64,000 nucleotides of DNA, taken from the IMG/VR virus record IMGVR_UViG_3300038427_000078; one strand, 5' to 3'. This DNA is from a virus. The notes under the pieces were generated by a model. It did not search any database. It was not told where the DNA came from and saw only the letters and a list, made by a program, of their open reading frames with translations. Below are positions 10,887 through 21,506 of the stretch, in pieces. Position 1 is the stretch's first letter, and each line of letters begins with the position of its first letter. The position numbers were made by a program, and so were the translations under genes.

Positions 10887-11115
10887 CTATAGCACGTCGA
10901 TCAGATGTTCGCACTCTTTGATCATCTGACGCAGGAACTCAACGTCCTGGGGAAGCCCCGCTTCGAGACAGCGCATGGCCTTGAGTTCATACGGCTCACG
11001 GGCGAAGTCAGCGGCGTCATCCCACTCGACACGTCCCTCAATCTCGCGGTACTGATCGCAGGTATTCCCGCATCTTGAAGTCGTCCACCCAGCGCTGATA
11101 GTCGTCATCGAACAC
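10887..11115 (-). pseudogene. hypothetical gene interrupted by an apparent frameshift near 11058
   Basis: Promoter TGCTATGCT then GTG 11115 (MFDDDYQRW...REYL) continues sensibly only in another frame (DQYREIEG...IDVL*). Confidence 0.5.
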
Positions 11116-11140
11116 GCTCTTAGCATAGCACGCGGAGCGC

Positions 11141-11509
11141 TTAGCTGTAGAGGGCAAGAACTTCGTGGGCGAACTCCACCAGATCCCCGATACTGGCTCC
11201 GCGAGGATGGATCGAAGCCCGAAGTTCAAGGTTCTTTAGGCGATTGTCGGTACGGATCAGGTTCTTGTGATGCACTGTCTCATGTCGCAGAAGCTCTCGG
11301 CCAAGATGCTCTTCCATGATATGCCGATGGACAAAGGTTGGTTTCCCGTTGATCGACCTCATGCAGTATCCGTCTTTGTTGATCCAGCCTTCGGTAGACC
11401 GTAGTCGGCCAGTATGACCGTGACGCCACTGACGTAGATAGTGCATGTGACAAAGACCCTTACCGTAGTGGGGTTTTGGGCATCCCTTTATATCACAACC
11501 TTTTGCCAT
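11141..11509 (-). CDS. HNH homing endonuclease
   Basis: CxxxGC...KGLCHMHY; HRHIMEEHLGR...VHHKNLIRTDNRLKNLEL. Confidence 0.9.
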   Translation of the reverse strand: MAKGCDIKGCPKPHYGKGLCHMHYLRQWRHGHTGRLRSTEGWINKDGYCMRSINGKPTFVHRHIMEEHLGRELLRHETVHHKNLIRTDNRLKNLELRASIHPRGASIGDLVEFAHEVLALYS

Positions 11510-11566
11510 CTCATCTATTACATGTGAGATGATCAATCATTCTAAGTGCGAACCCTAATGGATGAG

Positions 11567-11818
11567 ATGGATGATGTCCGCACAGTGTTCTCGACCCTTG
11601 CTGACCAGCAGCCAGAGGAATCGATCTGCCCTCGCTGTGGCGACCACATGGCCGACAACATGGCCTTGCAGATCCACATGAAGGAACACGACGAACCCCG
11701 CTGGGAGGTCATGCAGCCGACCGAGGAGTGGGGCGACCTCGAAGACCACGGCTGGATGGGCACCAGCACCCGCAACAACCCGACGATCCGCGACGACTTC
11801 CCGGCGTCCTTCGGCTAA
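11567..11818 (+). CDS. small C2H2 zinc-finger-like protein
   Basis: CPRC...LQIHMKEH; late motif TAA-TGGA-TGA directly upstream. Confidence 0.65.
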   Translation: MDDVRTVFSTLADQQPEESICPRCGDHMADNMALQIHMKEHDEPRWEVMQPTEEWGDLEDHGWMGTSTRNNPTIRDDFPASFG

Positions 11819-11828
11819 GAGGCGTGAG

Positions 11829-12035
11829 ATGGCATGGATAGAGCACTATGACCATCCGCACCGCATCTACGTAGGGCGGACTAGGAAACGTCACGTCCAC
11901 CACTTCTGGCACGGCGTTTGGTTGCTGGTTCTCGCCATCGTCCTGATCGTGAGCGACTGGAAAGACAAACCCTGGTCCTTCTCCGATGATCGTGACCGAT
12001 ACGCCCCTCGAAAGAACCGCGAAGCTCCTGGGTAA
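11829..12035 (+). CDS. small membrane protein (holin-like candidate)
   Basis: One hydrophobic helix GVWLLVLAIVLIV with basic/His-rich N-terminus. Confidence 0.55.
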   Translation: MAWIEHYDHPHRIYVGRTRKRHVHHFWHGVWLLVLAIVLIVSDWKDKPWSFSDDRDRYAPRKNREAPG

Positions 12036-12043
12036 AAGGTGAT

Positions 12044-12847
12044 ATGCCCAACCCACGCCTAGCCCGCTTGACCCTCTACGACTGGATCGATCTACCGGAA
12101 GAAAAAACTCCGGTCAAGCGCACGTCGCTACAGAGCCTTGAAACGCGGTTGGCCGAATTCATCTTCACGGCGGAAGCTGGGATCCGCCACGCGGTCAAAG
12201 AAGCCCCCGAACTCGAAACGCTGCCGGGGTACAAAGAAGCTGAAAACGAAGCTGGCGATGTGGCCTACGCCGAAAAGGAGCAACAGTTCTTCGCCTGGAA
12301 CGCCACCGGCAAAGTGTGGGTGCTGATCCCGGCTCCTCACTGGCGCGCTCCGGTGGGCAAAGCGGGCGAACTCCCCGAAGAAGGCAACGAACTTGGCGAT
12401 GTACGGGTGGACGAGGAAACGTTCCAGTTCTACGTGTGGCACGGGACCGAATGGAAAATCTTCAAACCAGTCGAAGCCGAAAAACACACTCACACCACCG
12501 AGACACTTACTTGGTCGGTAGCTGAAAAACTCACGGAAGAACCCATCATCCCCGGTGGTTTCCGTCGCGTCAACGCGGAATCGGAAGAGGAGTGCGAATT
12601 CTACGAAGTCGAATCTGTGTTGGGCCATGGCAAAGCCGAACTCGAAATCAAGGTCAATGGCACCGCTGTCAAATTCGAAGGCGGTAGCACCAAACTGAAA
12701 GTCACGACGGAAGCCAAAGCCAAGGCGCTAGAACCCAAAGTACGCCTCGGCGCTCACGACAAGATTGAACTCATAGTTTCCTCTGCGACAGAAGCCGAAG
12801 GACTGGCTCTATCCGCTTTCGTGGAACACATCGCTAAGGCGGTCTAG
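12044..12847 (+). CDS. putative virion structural/appendage protein
   Basis: W.D.P...TP....L..LE N-terminal motif and GDxxV...FYVWxGxxW repeats as in fibre proteins; late motif upstream. Confidence 0.65.
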   Translation: MPNPRLARLTLYDWIDLPEEKTPVKRTSLQSLETRLAEFIFTAEAGIRHAVKEAPELETLPGYKEAENEAGDVAYAEKEQQFFAWNATGKVWVLIPAPHWRAPVGKAGELPEEGNELGDVRVDEETFQFYVWHGTEWKIFKPVEAEKHTHTTETLTWSVAEKLTEEPIIPGGFRRVNAESEEECEFYEVESVLGHGKAELEIKVNGTAVKFEGGSTKLKVTTEAKAKALEPKVRLGAHDKIELIVSSATEAEGLALSAFVEHIAKAV

Positions 12848-12877
12848 ATCGCGCGATGAAATGAAAGGAGGTGAACG

Positions 12878-13105
12878 ATGCAATTTGTAGAAGGAGGAGA
12901 AATGGACGCGGGGTTGCCAGACGAAAAAGTTACTGTAAGCGCCCCGAGCGTAACTGCAAACTCCGTTATCTTGCTCACCCAAAACAACAATGGTGAAACC
13001 TTTCAGTCCCTTCGAGTCGAATCGAAAACACCTGGGACGGGTTTCGTTGTAAGAATCTCTGAACCCAAAGTCAAAGTCGGGTTCTACTGGATGGTGTTCA
13101 ATTAG
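12878..13105 (+). CDS. small beta-rich virion protein
   Basis: SD AAGGAGG; VTANSVILLT...GTGFVVR...FYWMV fibre-tip-like pattern. Confidence 0.6.
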   Translation: MQFVEGGEMDAGLPDEKVTVSAPSVTANSVILLTQNNNGETFQSLRVESKTPGTGFVVRISEPKVKVGFYWMVFN

Positions 13106-13107
13106 CG

Positions 13108-14001
13108 ATGTCCTTCCCAACCGTAACCCTGCTGGACTCATTCGTCCGAACCGAAAACCCGCTTGGCGTCACCAAAACTGAATGGCGAGAATTCTTCGAA
13201 TCCGGCACCAATAAAGGATGGTTGAATGGCTCCGAATGGGAAACGCTATCCGGTTTAACCATCGAAGGGGCTTACTGGCATCCGGCCACGTACTCAGAAC
13301 CCGGAGTAGCCCTTGAGTTCACGTTCGAAGACGAATACAGCCCCGGTAACTATTGGGCGGTCATGGCTTGCATCAGCAATCCGGAAGAAATTCATTTCAC
13401 CGGGTATCGCCTCAAGCTCACCACTTTGGGCAAAAAAGAAGGTGCGTCGTTCAAGTTCAAGCTCGAAAAGGCGGTGCTTGGCGTGTGGACGGTACTGGCG
13501 GAAACATCAGAAAGCGTCGTCATGGACAAAGAATATCGCTTTGGTCTATCTGTGCAAGGCGGCAAAGTCATCGGGTGGCGCAAAATCAAAGCGGGAGCAT
13601 GGGAAGAAATCATCAACCATGCCGACTCAGCTTACACCAGCGGTTATGTCGGGTTCAATGCTATCGCTCAGTTCGGTGACATCATCAACTTCGAAGCCGG
13701 TCCCGCAGAAGGTGGGCCTCCGGTTATCACAAATCCTGGCACCCGACACAGCGTCATCAGCAAAGCTCTTACCCGACAGATCAAAGCCACGAACACGACC
13801 GAATACAAAATCACTGGTCTGCCCGAAGGGTTGTCGTACAGTGAAGTCACGGGCTTGATTGAAGGTACCCCGACCAAACTTGAATCAACCAAAGTGAAAG
13901 TCACAGCCAAAGGGCCGGAAGGCGAAGACGAAATCGAATTCGAATGGATCATCGAAGAAGCCTCGGGATCCAAAGAGAACGTCACTTACATGCTGCTCTA
14001 A
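13108..14001 (+). CDS. virion protein with lectin-like beta-sandwich and C-terminal putative Ig domain
   Basis: DSAYTSGYVGF; PVITNPG...TGLPEGLSYSEVTGLIEGTPT...VKVTA (He_PIG-like). Confidence 0.7.
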   Translation: MSFPTVTLLDSFVRTENPLGVTKTEWREFFESGTNKGWLNGSEWETLSGLTIEGAYWHPATYSEPGVALEFTFEDEYSPGNYWAVMACISNPEEIHFTGYRLKLTTLGKKEGASFKFKLEKAVLGVWTVLAETSESVVMDKEYRFGLSVQGGKVIGWRKIKAGAWEEIINHADSAYTSGYVGFNAIAQFGDIINFEAGPAEGGPPVITNPGTRHSVISKALTRQIKATNTTEYKITGLPEGLSYSEVTGLIEGTPTKLESTKVKVTAKGPEGEDEIEFEWIIEEASGSKENVTYMLL

Positions 14002-16250
14002 TCAGCTAGGTCACGCTCGATCAGTACGGCCCGGTTGTTTCTCTGCTGTAGGTTGGTTTCCGCCAGCGGGGTGTCTCCTTCGAACTTGCTCGGTAGGTCG
14101 TCGCGTTCCTGTAGTCCCGACACCGGCTGTAGATCGAGGTCGGCAGGCGGTGACAGTTTCTCCTCGTAGGTGCCCGGTGCATACTCGATGACCTGTGGGT
14201 CTGTGAGCCAGTGAACGAGGCGGTCTGCTTTCGGTTCCTTCGGCAAGAACTCGACCAGATGGACGTTGCTAGGCTTGCGGCGTACTACCAGCCGGTCGGG
14301 TCCGAGAGCGAAGCGGAGGAAGCGGTTGAAGAACATGTGGACAGAAAACTTCAATGCCGCCTTGAAGCGGTGGATGATGGTTTTCTGTAGCTCCGCAGAG
14401 AACCCGACACTTGCCGCGAACCTCTGCACGTACGGAGGCAGCGGGAGCACCAGGCTGGCAACGAGTTTCAACTGCGCGATCAACTGGTGACGGATGGTAC
14501 GGCCCACGGACCCGGAGAAGCTGAGCGCCGCTTCGAACCTCTGCACGATGATTTCGGTGACCTTGCGAGGGCTGAGTGAACCCATGAAGGTGAGAGTTCC
14601 GGCCAGCCCCTTGAAGACGTTCTTACCGACGTAGCCTTCGCCCGTCAGGGTGGCGAGGAGGCCGTGGCCCATGTTGCGTGGCACCGATCCAACGAACGAG
14701 AGCGAGGCTTCGAGGGTCTTGCGGAGGTTGAACTGCTTCGGTAGTTCACCCTGGAAGGTGAGCGTGGCGAAGAGGCGCATGACGTACAACCCGGCTTCGC
14801 GCAGGTGTCCCTGAAATTCGAGTTTGGCGTTTAGCTGGTGAACGATGTTGCGAGGGAGTGACCCTTCTGAGGTCAGTTTCGCAGCGAACGTCTTGATGGC
14901 CTGCGGCACCAGGCTACCGGCGAATGAGAGTGCTGCCGTGAGGGTCTGTGTCACCCGTTTGCCAAGCGTACCTTCGGAGGTCAGTTCCGCCGCTAGCCCG
15001 TGCTCGGTTGACCGTTCAAGGTTGCTTTCAGATGACAGCGCAGCGCTAAAGCGACGGTAGATGTTGCGCGAGAGCGAACCTTCCGAGGTCAGTTTGGCGC
15101 TTAGCTGGTGGAGGATGTTCCGAGGTAGGTTGCCTTCGGCGGTGAGTTCCGCAGCGAGGCTCTTGATCGGTCCCGGCATCATGCTACCGACCTGTTCCAG
15201 CAGTGCCGTTAGCTGGTGAGTGGTCTTGCGCTGTAGAGTGCCTACCAGTTCCAGCATCGCCCCGAACTGGTGCGTGATCTTGCGCTCAAGGGTACCCACG
15301 AACGGCAGCGCTGCGGTCAGGCGGTAGTTGATGTACCGACCGAGTTCCGCGACCGATGTGAGTTCCGCTGCAAGCTGGTGCGTTGTCTTCCGAGGAAGGG
15401 ATCCGACGAAGGGCAAGGTTGCCTCCATCTGATGCACGATGTTACGGGAGAGTTCTCCGGATGAGGTCAACGTGGCTCGTAGGTATTCGACGGTTCGAGG
15501 CATGTTCCCGCTGACTTGCAGAGTTGCCTTGAGCGGATGAATGGTGAAGTCCAGTAGGGAGGTCATGAAGCCAACCGTAGCCCGAAGGTCATGCGTGATG
15601 TTGCGCTGAAGCTTGCCGCTGAGTCCGAGGGTGGCTGTGAGGTAGTACACAAACTTGGACATCGCTCCTTCCAGCCCCAGCGTGGCCGCAAACTGGTGAG
15701 TGATGTTGCGACCGAGTTCTCCTGCCGACTTGACCGTAGCTTCAAGCCTGTGCTGGGTGGTAGATGACAACGACCCTGTGAAGGTCAGGGTTGCTGTTAG
15801 TGCCTTGGCGATGTTTCGAGGCAACCGACCTTCCATGGAAAGAGTGGCCGATAGGCCGTGAACCATAGAACGTTCAAGGTATCCGGCGAAGGAAAGGGTG
15901 GCCGATAGAGCATGGAAAATGTTGCGTGGCAAGCTGCCTGCGAACTTCAGAGTGGCCGTCAATAGATAGAAGATGTTGCGGTCCAACGCGCCAGAGAACT
16001 TCAGTGTTGCTTCGAGTGTCTTGCGAAGATCAAATTCCTTGCTCAAAAAGCCAGAGAACTTCAGTGTTGCGGAGAAAGAGCGAGAGATGTTGCGGGGCAA
16101 CGCTCCGAGGGATTTGAGTGTTGCTGACAGTTTGTGGTACGTGTTGCGTTGTAGCTTACCGGCAGAGGTCAACGTCGCCGTCAGGACCTTTTCGATGACG
16201 CTCGGTCCTCCGGCAAGCTCCTCCTCCGCTAGCGGATCATAGCCGAGCAT
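13998..16250 (-). CDS. 750-aa protein with about 30 tandem ~18-aa repeats (fibre/scaffold candidate)
   Basis: Repeat consensus L-x-A-x-L-x-F-x-G-x-L-x-R-N-I-x-H-x; follows tail-fibre-like gene. Confidence 0.75.
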   Translation of the reverse strand: MLGYDPLAEEELAGGPSVIEKVLTATLTSAGKLQRNTYHKLSATLKSLGALPRNISRSFSATLKFSGFLSKEFDLRKTLEATLKFSGALDRNIFYLLTATLKFAGSLPRNIFHALSATLSFAGYLERSMVHGLSATLSMEGRLPRNIAKALTATLTFTGSLSSTTQHRLEATVKSAGELGRNITHQFAATLGLEGAMSKFVYYLTATLGLSGKLQRNITHDLRATVGFMTSLLDFTIHPLKATLQVSGNMPRTVEYLRATLTSSGELSRNIVHQMEATLPFVGSLPRKTTHQLAAELTSVAELGRYINYRLTAALPFVGTLERKITHQFGAMLELVGTLQRKTTHQLTALLEQVGSMMPGPIKSLAAELTAEGNLPRNILHQLSAKLTSEGSLSRNIYRRFSAALSSESNLERSTEHGLAAELTSEGTLGKRVTQTLTAALSFAGSLVPQAIKTFAAKLTSEGSLPRNIVHQLNAKLEFQGHLREAGLYVMRLFATLTFQGELPKQFNLRKTLEASLSFVGSVPRNMGHGLLATLTGEGYVGKNVFKGLAGTLTFMGSLSPRKVTEIIVQRFEAALSFSGSVGRTIRHQLIAQLKLVASLVLPLPPYVQRFAASVGFSAELQKTIIHRFKAALKFSVHMFFNRFLRFALGPDRLVVRRKPSNVHLVEFLPKEPKADRLVHWLTDPQVIEYAPGTYEEKLSPPADLDLQPVSGLQERDDLPSKFEGDTPLAETNLQQRNNRAVLIERDLAD
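14340..16185 (-). repeat. degenerate ~54-bp coding tandem repeat
   Basis: Periodic LxAxLxxxGxLxR units across the translation. Confidence 0.75.
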
Positions 16251-16252
16251 AC

Positions 16253-18118
16253 TTACACCAACTGGAACGTCACTCCATCGAAGGAGAGATAAGAGTTCGT
16301 TTCAGCGCGGTTTTCGACAACACCCGTGGTCTGGATGATAAGCTGCACAACTGATCCCGCAAGCTGCTGGATGTTGATAAAGACAGTTTCCGCAGGCCGG
16401 AATCCTTCGGGAAGCTGGAAGATTTTTGTGCTGGCAGGAAGTGCCGCGTTACATAGAACCGTGCCATGGATGCGAGCCGAAGCTCCATCATTCTCCCATC
16501 GTACTTGTGTTGTACGAGATTCCGTTTTCGAGGTATAGGATTCTAGCGCAGTCCAGGGACCTACCGAGCTTGGCAACCATTCCTGCGCCGTTGTACCGAC
16601 CACCGTAACACCGAACCTCTGTGAGTAGCGCTTACCCTGATTCTGTGTCCCCGCTTCGACCATTACACATGCCTCGGCAAGTTCTTCCGACGTGTTCGCA
16701 TCTCCGGTACGGGTGAGTACCCATCTCGTTTTCCCGGAACTGCCGAGGGTGGTCACTTCATAGATGCCATCTTGCTTGGATTCGCTCTGATTCTTGACAA
16801 GGACACGTCCATGCAGGGCCGGAATGCTGCCGTCAATGGTTAGAGGTTCTTCTTCGCCTGTGAGCGTGGTTGAGGTTTCACTATGGATCGTAAGCGCTTT
16901 AGTCGTCGCGTAAGCGACAGGTACCTTCCACGATTTACCAGGACCGCCAGTCGCTCCTGTCGCACCCTGTGGCCCTTGTGGCCCTTGTGGTCCTGCTCCT
17001 ACTCGGTTGACTGAGAGGCGGTTCTTTCCAGCTTCAATTATGAGCGCCTTTTCGACTCCGCTGTTGTAGCCCACCAGTTCGATTTTGTCGCCTTTTGCAC
17101 AGTAGATGATGCCGCTAACGGAAGAGCCGTTGTACGCTTCTCCACCCTCCGAGGTCATACTTCCTGCCAGGGCCGCTACTCCGTTGACCCAAATGTTCGC
17201 GACCAAGTAGGCATTGGCCGCTGGTACAGCGAGAACCTCACCGTCTACGTGGTAGTAGCCAGTGGCAGGGACCGTGTAGAATTCGTTAGCACCGATGTTC
17301 GAGCCAGGGTCCTTGATGACGGAGTTGAGTTTGATTTTCGTGTTAGTTGCTGCGGCCAAGTTCTGCGCGGAGTTGCGGTAGGCCATCCCGATAGATTCTT
17401 CGACCAGCTTGTTTTCCGGTCCTGCTTTGCCGGGAGTTGGCATCGGAGCGATGTATGTGTCACCAACGGTCGTGTCGAATTCGCCTTCAACGTTCGCTGT
17501 TTCCACCACTTCAACTTCGACTTCGTAGCATTCCACATGGGACATGAGGCCAACAATTTTCGCAGGCGGATTGATCGCCCGGAACAAGATGTTGTTCTGA
17601 GGCTTGCTGGTCTGCGCGACTACGAACAGGGTACCCGCTGGCAAGAGTTCCTTGAGCTTTTTGCCCGCCGCTTCGTCATAGGTGCCTTTGATCCCGAAGT
17701 AGACTTTCGTGACCGATTTCGGTTTTTCGGAGTTGAAGTTGATCGAACGAGTGTGTTTCGACTGTTCGTATTCAGCGAGGTAGTTGAACGAGAAGGACGG
17801 AGTACCCGCAGCGAGCCTGAGCGATTCGGCGGTCGGCAGCACGTAGACCGCAGTCGTTGCGATGTGTGCTACTTTGGTCGAACCCTCCGCTCCCCGTTCG
17901 AGGACTTTGACGTTTTTGGTGTTTTCTTCCTTGGCTTCGCAGAGGATAATCTCGCTACCAACCGTGATGCGATACTGGCCTGGTTTCTGAAGCTGGGTGG
18001 GAACATTGGCTACGAATTCGAGTTCGGTACCAGCTTCGCTCAATTCGACGTTGAGCGTCGTGATCGGTTCACGTTTGCCGGGAGTCGGGCTATTCAGAAG
18101 TAGCTCAGGAAGGGCCAT
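16253..18118 (-). CDS. tail fibre-like protein (C1q-like domain, short collagen segment, fibre domain)
   Basis: YTVPATGYYHVDG C1q-like; GPQGPQGPQGATGATG; WK.PV..ATT...RVLVKNQ....DGIYEV...WVLTRTGDAN; C-terminal IFQLPEGFRP domain. Confidence 0.78.
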   Translation of the reverse strand: MALPELLLNSPTPGKREPITTLNVELSEAGTELEFVANVPTQLQKPGQYRITVGSEIILCEAKEENTKNVKVLERGAEGSTKVAHIATTAVYVLPTAESLRLAAGTPSFSFNYLAEYEQSKHTRSINFNSEKPKSVTKVYFGIKGTYDEAAGKKLKELLPAGTLFVVAQTSKPQNNILFRAINPPAKIVGLMSHVECYEVEVEVVETANVEGEFDTTVGDTYIAPMPTPGKAGPENKLVEESIGMAYRNSAQNLAAATNTKIKLNSVIKDPGSNIGANEFYTVPATGYYHVDGEVLAVPAANAYLVANIWVNGVAALAGSMTSEGGEAYNGSSVSGIIYCAKGDKIELVGYNSGVEKALIIEAGKNRLSVNRVGAGPQGPQGPQGATGATGGPGKSWKVPVAYATTKALTIHSETSTTLTGEEEPLTIDGSIPALHGRVLVKNQSESKQDGIYEVTTLGSSGKTRWVLTRTGDANTSEELAEACVMVEAGTQNQGKRYSQRFGVTVVGTTAQEWLPSSVGPWTALESYTSKTESRTTQVRWENDGASARIHGTVLCNAALPASTKIFQLPEGFRPAETVFINIQQLAGSVVQLIIQTTGVVENRAETNSYLSFDGVTFQLV

Positions 18119-18139
18119 CGCCTATTACGGCGCGGAACC

Positions 18140-18562
18140 TCATACTTTGCCAGCTTCGTACCGAGCTAGAACCTCTTTGGCCCATGCGATTGCATCCTCT
18201 ACCCTTTGGCCCTTGGGATGCGAAGTGATCCAAAGCTCTAGATTCTCGATTCTGTTGTCCGCCCGATTCCCGTGCTTATGATGAACCTCCTCGTCGGGTA
18301 GAAGCGGGCGTCCAAGATGTTCAGCCATGACTAGACGGTGCTCAAGTACATATCCGGTGCAGTCCGCGTTAGGATGTGTCGGGAAGTACCTCCTCACATA
18401 CCCTCTGGTCGTGAGGTTGGTTTCACCAGGACCACCATTGGTGCGGTACTTGACGCAGAAGCCCGGATCGCCGTATAGACGCAGACGTTCGTAGTGCTTT
18501 TTACAGTATCCCTTCGCCATGTGGCGTCGGTTGCATCCCTTGAAAGAACAAGTGCGCTTCAT
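18140..18562 (-). CDS. HNH homing endonuclease
   Basis: [40 protein letters not shown]. Confidence 0.92.
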   Translation of the reverse strand: MKRTCSFKGCNRRHMAKGYCKKHYERLRLYGDPGFCVKYRTNGGPGETNLTTRGYVRRYFPTHPNADCTGYVLEHRLVMAEHLGRPLLPDEEVHHKHGNRADNRIENLELWITSHPKGQRVEDAIAWAKEVLARYEAGKV

Positions 18563-21147
18563 GCCTTACCTGCTTCCTGGACGGCACTCCAAATCTCCGG
18601 AGTGCTCAGGTGCATCGTATTGCGCATGTGCTGCATGAGCGTTTCTCCCGGAAGACCTTCAAGTCGCTCGCCAGTTTGAGGGTGGATGAACCACGGCGTA
18701 GGCTCGTCAGAAGCGACGTGCCACTGTGCACTACTTAGATGCTGGTACGGCACCGCGTTCTGCGGCACGGTCGGGGAGATGTTGTCCTCGTAGTCCTTGC
18801 CAACCCGTTCACCTTCCGGCTTGGTGAGTTCCCACCACGGCGGTTCCGGCCACTTCTCGTCGCCCTTGAGGGTGCTTTCCTCTTTCTTCCAGTCAATGTT
18901 GTGGTAGTCTTCCGGTTCCAGCACCTTGAGTCCTGAGTGGTCCTGGTGCTCGCCTGGGCCAGAGCGCTTGTAGTCCCACATGCCCCATTGGAACGCTCCG
19001 AGCGGGATGTGGCTGTATCCTGCGGCGTCACGGCGAGCCTGTAGTTCACGCTCCATCTTGAAGTAGTCACGGTTGTTCATTTCCTTTTCGGAACGGCCAA
19101 GCACATCGAGCATGTGACTGTCGATGGTGGCTAGCTGGGACTTGAGCGGCTGTAGGAGGAGCCACGCAAACGAGCAGACCTTCGGTCCCACGCCAGGGAC
19201 TTTGAGTTGCATCACAGAGGCGCGGAAATGGTGGCCTGCGCCGTCGTGCTGATGAACGTCTTCGAGCGCCGCCTTGAGGATGTCCTCGACGTAGAAGCTG
19301 ATCTTGGCGATGGCCTTGAGATGGGGGCCCATGAACGCGCCGTAGCGATCCTTCGGATCCTGCACTTCCGGCTCAGTGGCGTCTAGCTGGAACATCTGTT
19401 CCTGGGCCGGGTCTGCGACGGCGGCTTCGTGGAATCCTTCGGCTTCATCGAGCGAGGTCTGTCGCTCCTTGATGTACTTCTGGATGCGAGCAGCGAGGCG
19501 CTTGTTCGCCTCGTTTTCGACTTGGTACATGACCCGCTTCTTGTCCTCCGGAAGATCACGTTCCTCCCTCATCACCTGTTCCTGCTCCTGTGTCTCCCAA
19601 TCGAACAGAAGCCGTTCGAACTTCTTGTTGGCCTGCTGTGGGTTCACTTTGCGCTTGTAGGTACGGTACACGATGTCACGCAGTTGCGGGAGCAGCTTAC
19701 CGTACGGGCGATGCGCGTAGCGTGCGTCCTCGCCCCAATTCTTGACGTTCCCCGCTTGACGGTGCTTCTCAAGGTGACGCCAGAGGTCGGTCGGATCCGT
19801 CGAGCGGGCATCCATCAAGTCCTGGTAGTGAACCGTGTTCCCGGAGATGGCTACCTTTCCATTGCGGCGAGTAACCATCGTTTCGCTTGGCAAGGAGAAA
19901 CACCATACGCCCCCATGGTACTCAACTTTCGTAGGTCGGGGTAGACGAGTCGGATGTCCGGGGTTCATGGATACCTTCCACTCGTTTGTTTCTGGACGAA
20001 TGAGACTGACCATAGCTCTGATGCCACAATGAACAGCTAGCCTTTGTACGTCGTGCGCTAGCACTGTGCTGCTTGTGTAAAAAGCAGCGCCTTGGGTCCA
20101 ATCCCAATTTTCGTCGGCTGTACCATCTCCCATAAGTAGAGCATGCAACAAAATCCTAGCCTGTCTCGCCCCGAGGTCGAAGACAAAACGAGGCAGCCTC
20201 TTGTACCGCGCTCCGTTACCTATGTGCCTGGATGTCCATTGCCCAAGTTGCTTTGCATGAGGCTTACGAGCCGTCCAAATCCATTGCCCATCATCTCGTT
20301 CTGTGCTAGTTCCTATCCCCATATTTTTGCATGCTTCCTTGACAGACTCTATCACGGGAGAGGCATTGGCCTGACAGACACTAGGATGTTGACGACTCGT
20401 CAACGATCCCTCAGAAATGTACCAACCAAGCCAGCGCAGCCATGTGTCCATGGGCACAGTCAAATCCGGATGGAACGATTTTGAAATGCGCCCAGGTTTC
20501 TTGTAATCGCGCATCGCACAGCCTGGTATCGTGAACTCCTCTACGTCAAATCCTCGTTTGATTCCGGCCATTGGAACCTGGGGACGCTCATTGTTACGAC
20601 CAACCCCGGTGAAGATTTGATCTGCTGGAATGAACTCTTCCTCTGATGTCAGCATGCGATGGTTCGGCGTGACTAGCATATCCACAAAGCGTCCTTGGAA
20701 CGCGATAAGCTCTCCGTCAAAGCGTTGTTCTACGAAACGCTGCGGTCGCTCGTAGACAATACGACCGGCTTTGTACGCTGCTACCCTGAAATCGGACTCT
20801 CCCCATTGATAGCGAAGATCAGACAAAGACATCCAACCTCGATTGGTCAAGGCTTCTGTCTTCTCATCATGACAATTCCAGCGGAGGTTCTTGCGAGGGC
20901 TGAGGAGCACGGCACGGAAGGCGTTTTCGATGGCTTCCTCCATCTGGCGCTTGTCGGGTAGTGACTCCCACTCGGTGTTGATGAGAGCGGCGTTGTCCAT
21001 CACCTGTTGACCCTGTAGCGGGTCTTCTCCGTTCTCGTCGCGGAAGCTCATGAAGGCGTTCGGCTCTCGTAGCTGTACGCCCGTGTCGAATCCCTCGTTC
21101 GGATCGCGGAGAGTGGGATCGACTTCGTTTTTGACAGGAGGAGCCAT
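18559..21147 (-). CDS. intein-containing protein with C-terminal HhH DNA glycosylase/AP-lyase-like domain
   Basis: [11 protein letters not shown]...ATIDSHML...Y..ME...LGAFQWGMW resembles HhH-GPD/8-oxoG glycosylases; spliced product about 516 aa. Confidence 0.7.
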   Translation of the reverse strand: MAPPVKNEVDPTLRDPNEGFDTGVQLREPNAFMSFRDENGEDPLQGQQVMDNAALINTEWESLPDKRQMEEAIENAFRAVLLSPRKNLRWNCHDEKTEALTNRGWMSLSDLRYQWGESDFRVAAYKAGRIVYERPQRFVEQRFDGELIAFQGRFVDMLVTPNHRMLTSEEEFIPADQIFTGVGRNNERPQVPMAGIKRGFDVEEFTIPGCAMRDYKKPGRISKSFHPDLTVPMDTWLRWLGWYISEGSLTSRQHPSVCQANASPVIESVKEACKNMGIGTSTERDDGQWIWTARKPHAKQLGQWTSRHIGNGARYKRLPRFVFDLGARQARILLHALLMGDGTADENWDWTQGAAFYTSSTVLAHDVQRLAVHCGIRAMVSLIRPETNEWKVSMNPGHPTRLPRPTKVEYHGGVWCFSLPSETMVTRRNGKVAISGNTVHYQDLMDARSTDPTDLWRHLEKHRQAGNVKNWGEDARYAHRPYGKLLPQLRDIVYRTYKRKVNPQQANKKFERLLFDWETQEQEQVMREERDLPEDKKRVMYQVENEANKRLAARIQKYIKERQTSLDEAEGFHEAAVADPAQEQMFQLDATEPEVQDPKDRYGAFMGPHLKAIAKISFYVEDILKAALEDVHQHDGAGHHFRASVMQLKVPGVGPKVCSFAWLLLQPLKSQLATIDSHMLDVLGRSEKEMNNRDYFKMERELQARRDAAGYSHIPLGAFQWGMWDYKRSGPGEHQDHSGLKVLEPEDYHNIDWKKEESTLKGDEKWPEPPWWELTKPEGERVGKDYEDNISPTVPQNAVPYQHLSSAQWHVASDEPTPWFIHPQTGERLEGLPGETLMQHMRNTMHLSTPEIWSAVQEAGKA
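19837..20874 (-). mobile_element. intein (346 aa) with LAGLIDADG endonuclease domain
   Basis: Starts [14 protein letters not shown]; block B VTPNHRM; LGWYISEGS and LLMGDG motifs; ends [13 protein letters not shown] followed by Thr; lower GC than flanks. Confidence 0.92.
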
Positions 21148-21503
21148 CAGCGATTCTTCTCCGGATGCTCGACCTCGGCGTGGCAGTTACCGCAAAGCAG
21201 ATCGCACTTCACAATCTCCTCTAGGATCCTTGACCACTTACGAGTGATGTTTGAACTGACTGGAAAGCTCTTGGTTGTTGGATCACGGTGATGGTAGTGC
21301 AGGGCCGCAGAGTTCCTATCGTATTTGCATTTGTCACATCCTCGCTCTAGCTTCATAGCATCGAGTTGTTCGCGACGTTCTGCTTCCAGGGAGTTCCGTT
21401 CTTTTCCATACTCCCGCATTCGGGCTAGCTTTTTCTCATGACCCGGTAGGTCTTTGCGGCGACGATCATAGGCTTTCCGATCCTGTGGATTCTTGTAGGG
21501 CAT
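21147..21503 (-). CDS. HNH homing endonuclease
   Basis: CDKC...ALHYHHRDP..K...EIVKCDLLCGNCH. Confidence 0.88.
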   Translation of the reverse strand: MPYKNPQDRKAYDRRRKDLPGHEKKLARMREYGKERNSLEAERREQLDAMKLERGCDKCKYDRNSAALHYHHRDPTTKSFPVSSNITRKWSRILEEIVKCDLLCGNCHAEVEHPEKNR

Positions 21504-21506
21504 GAT

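Noticed and set aside
13998-16250. Periodic repeats considered as a CRISPR array or DGR template
   Set aside because: Repeats are degenerate at DNA level, conserved only as protein, with no spacers, cas or reverse transcriptase
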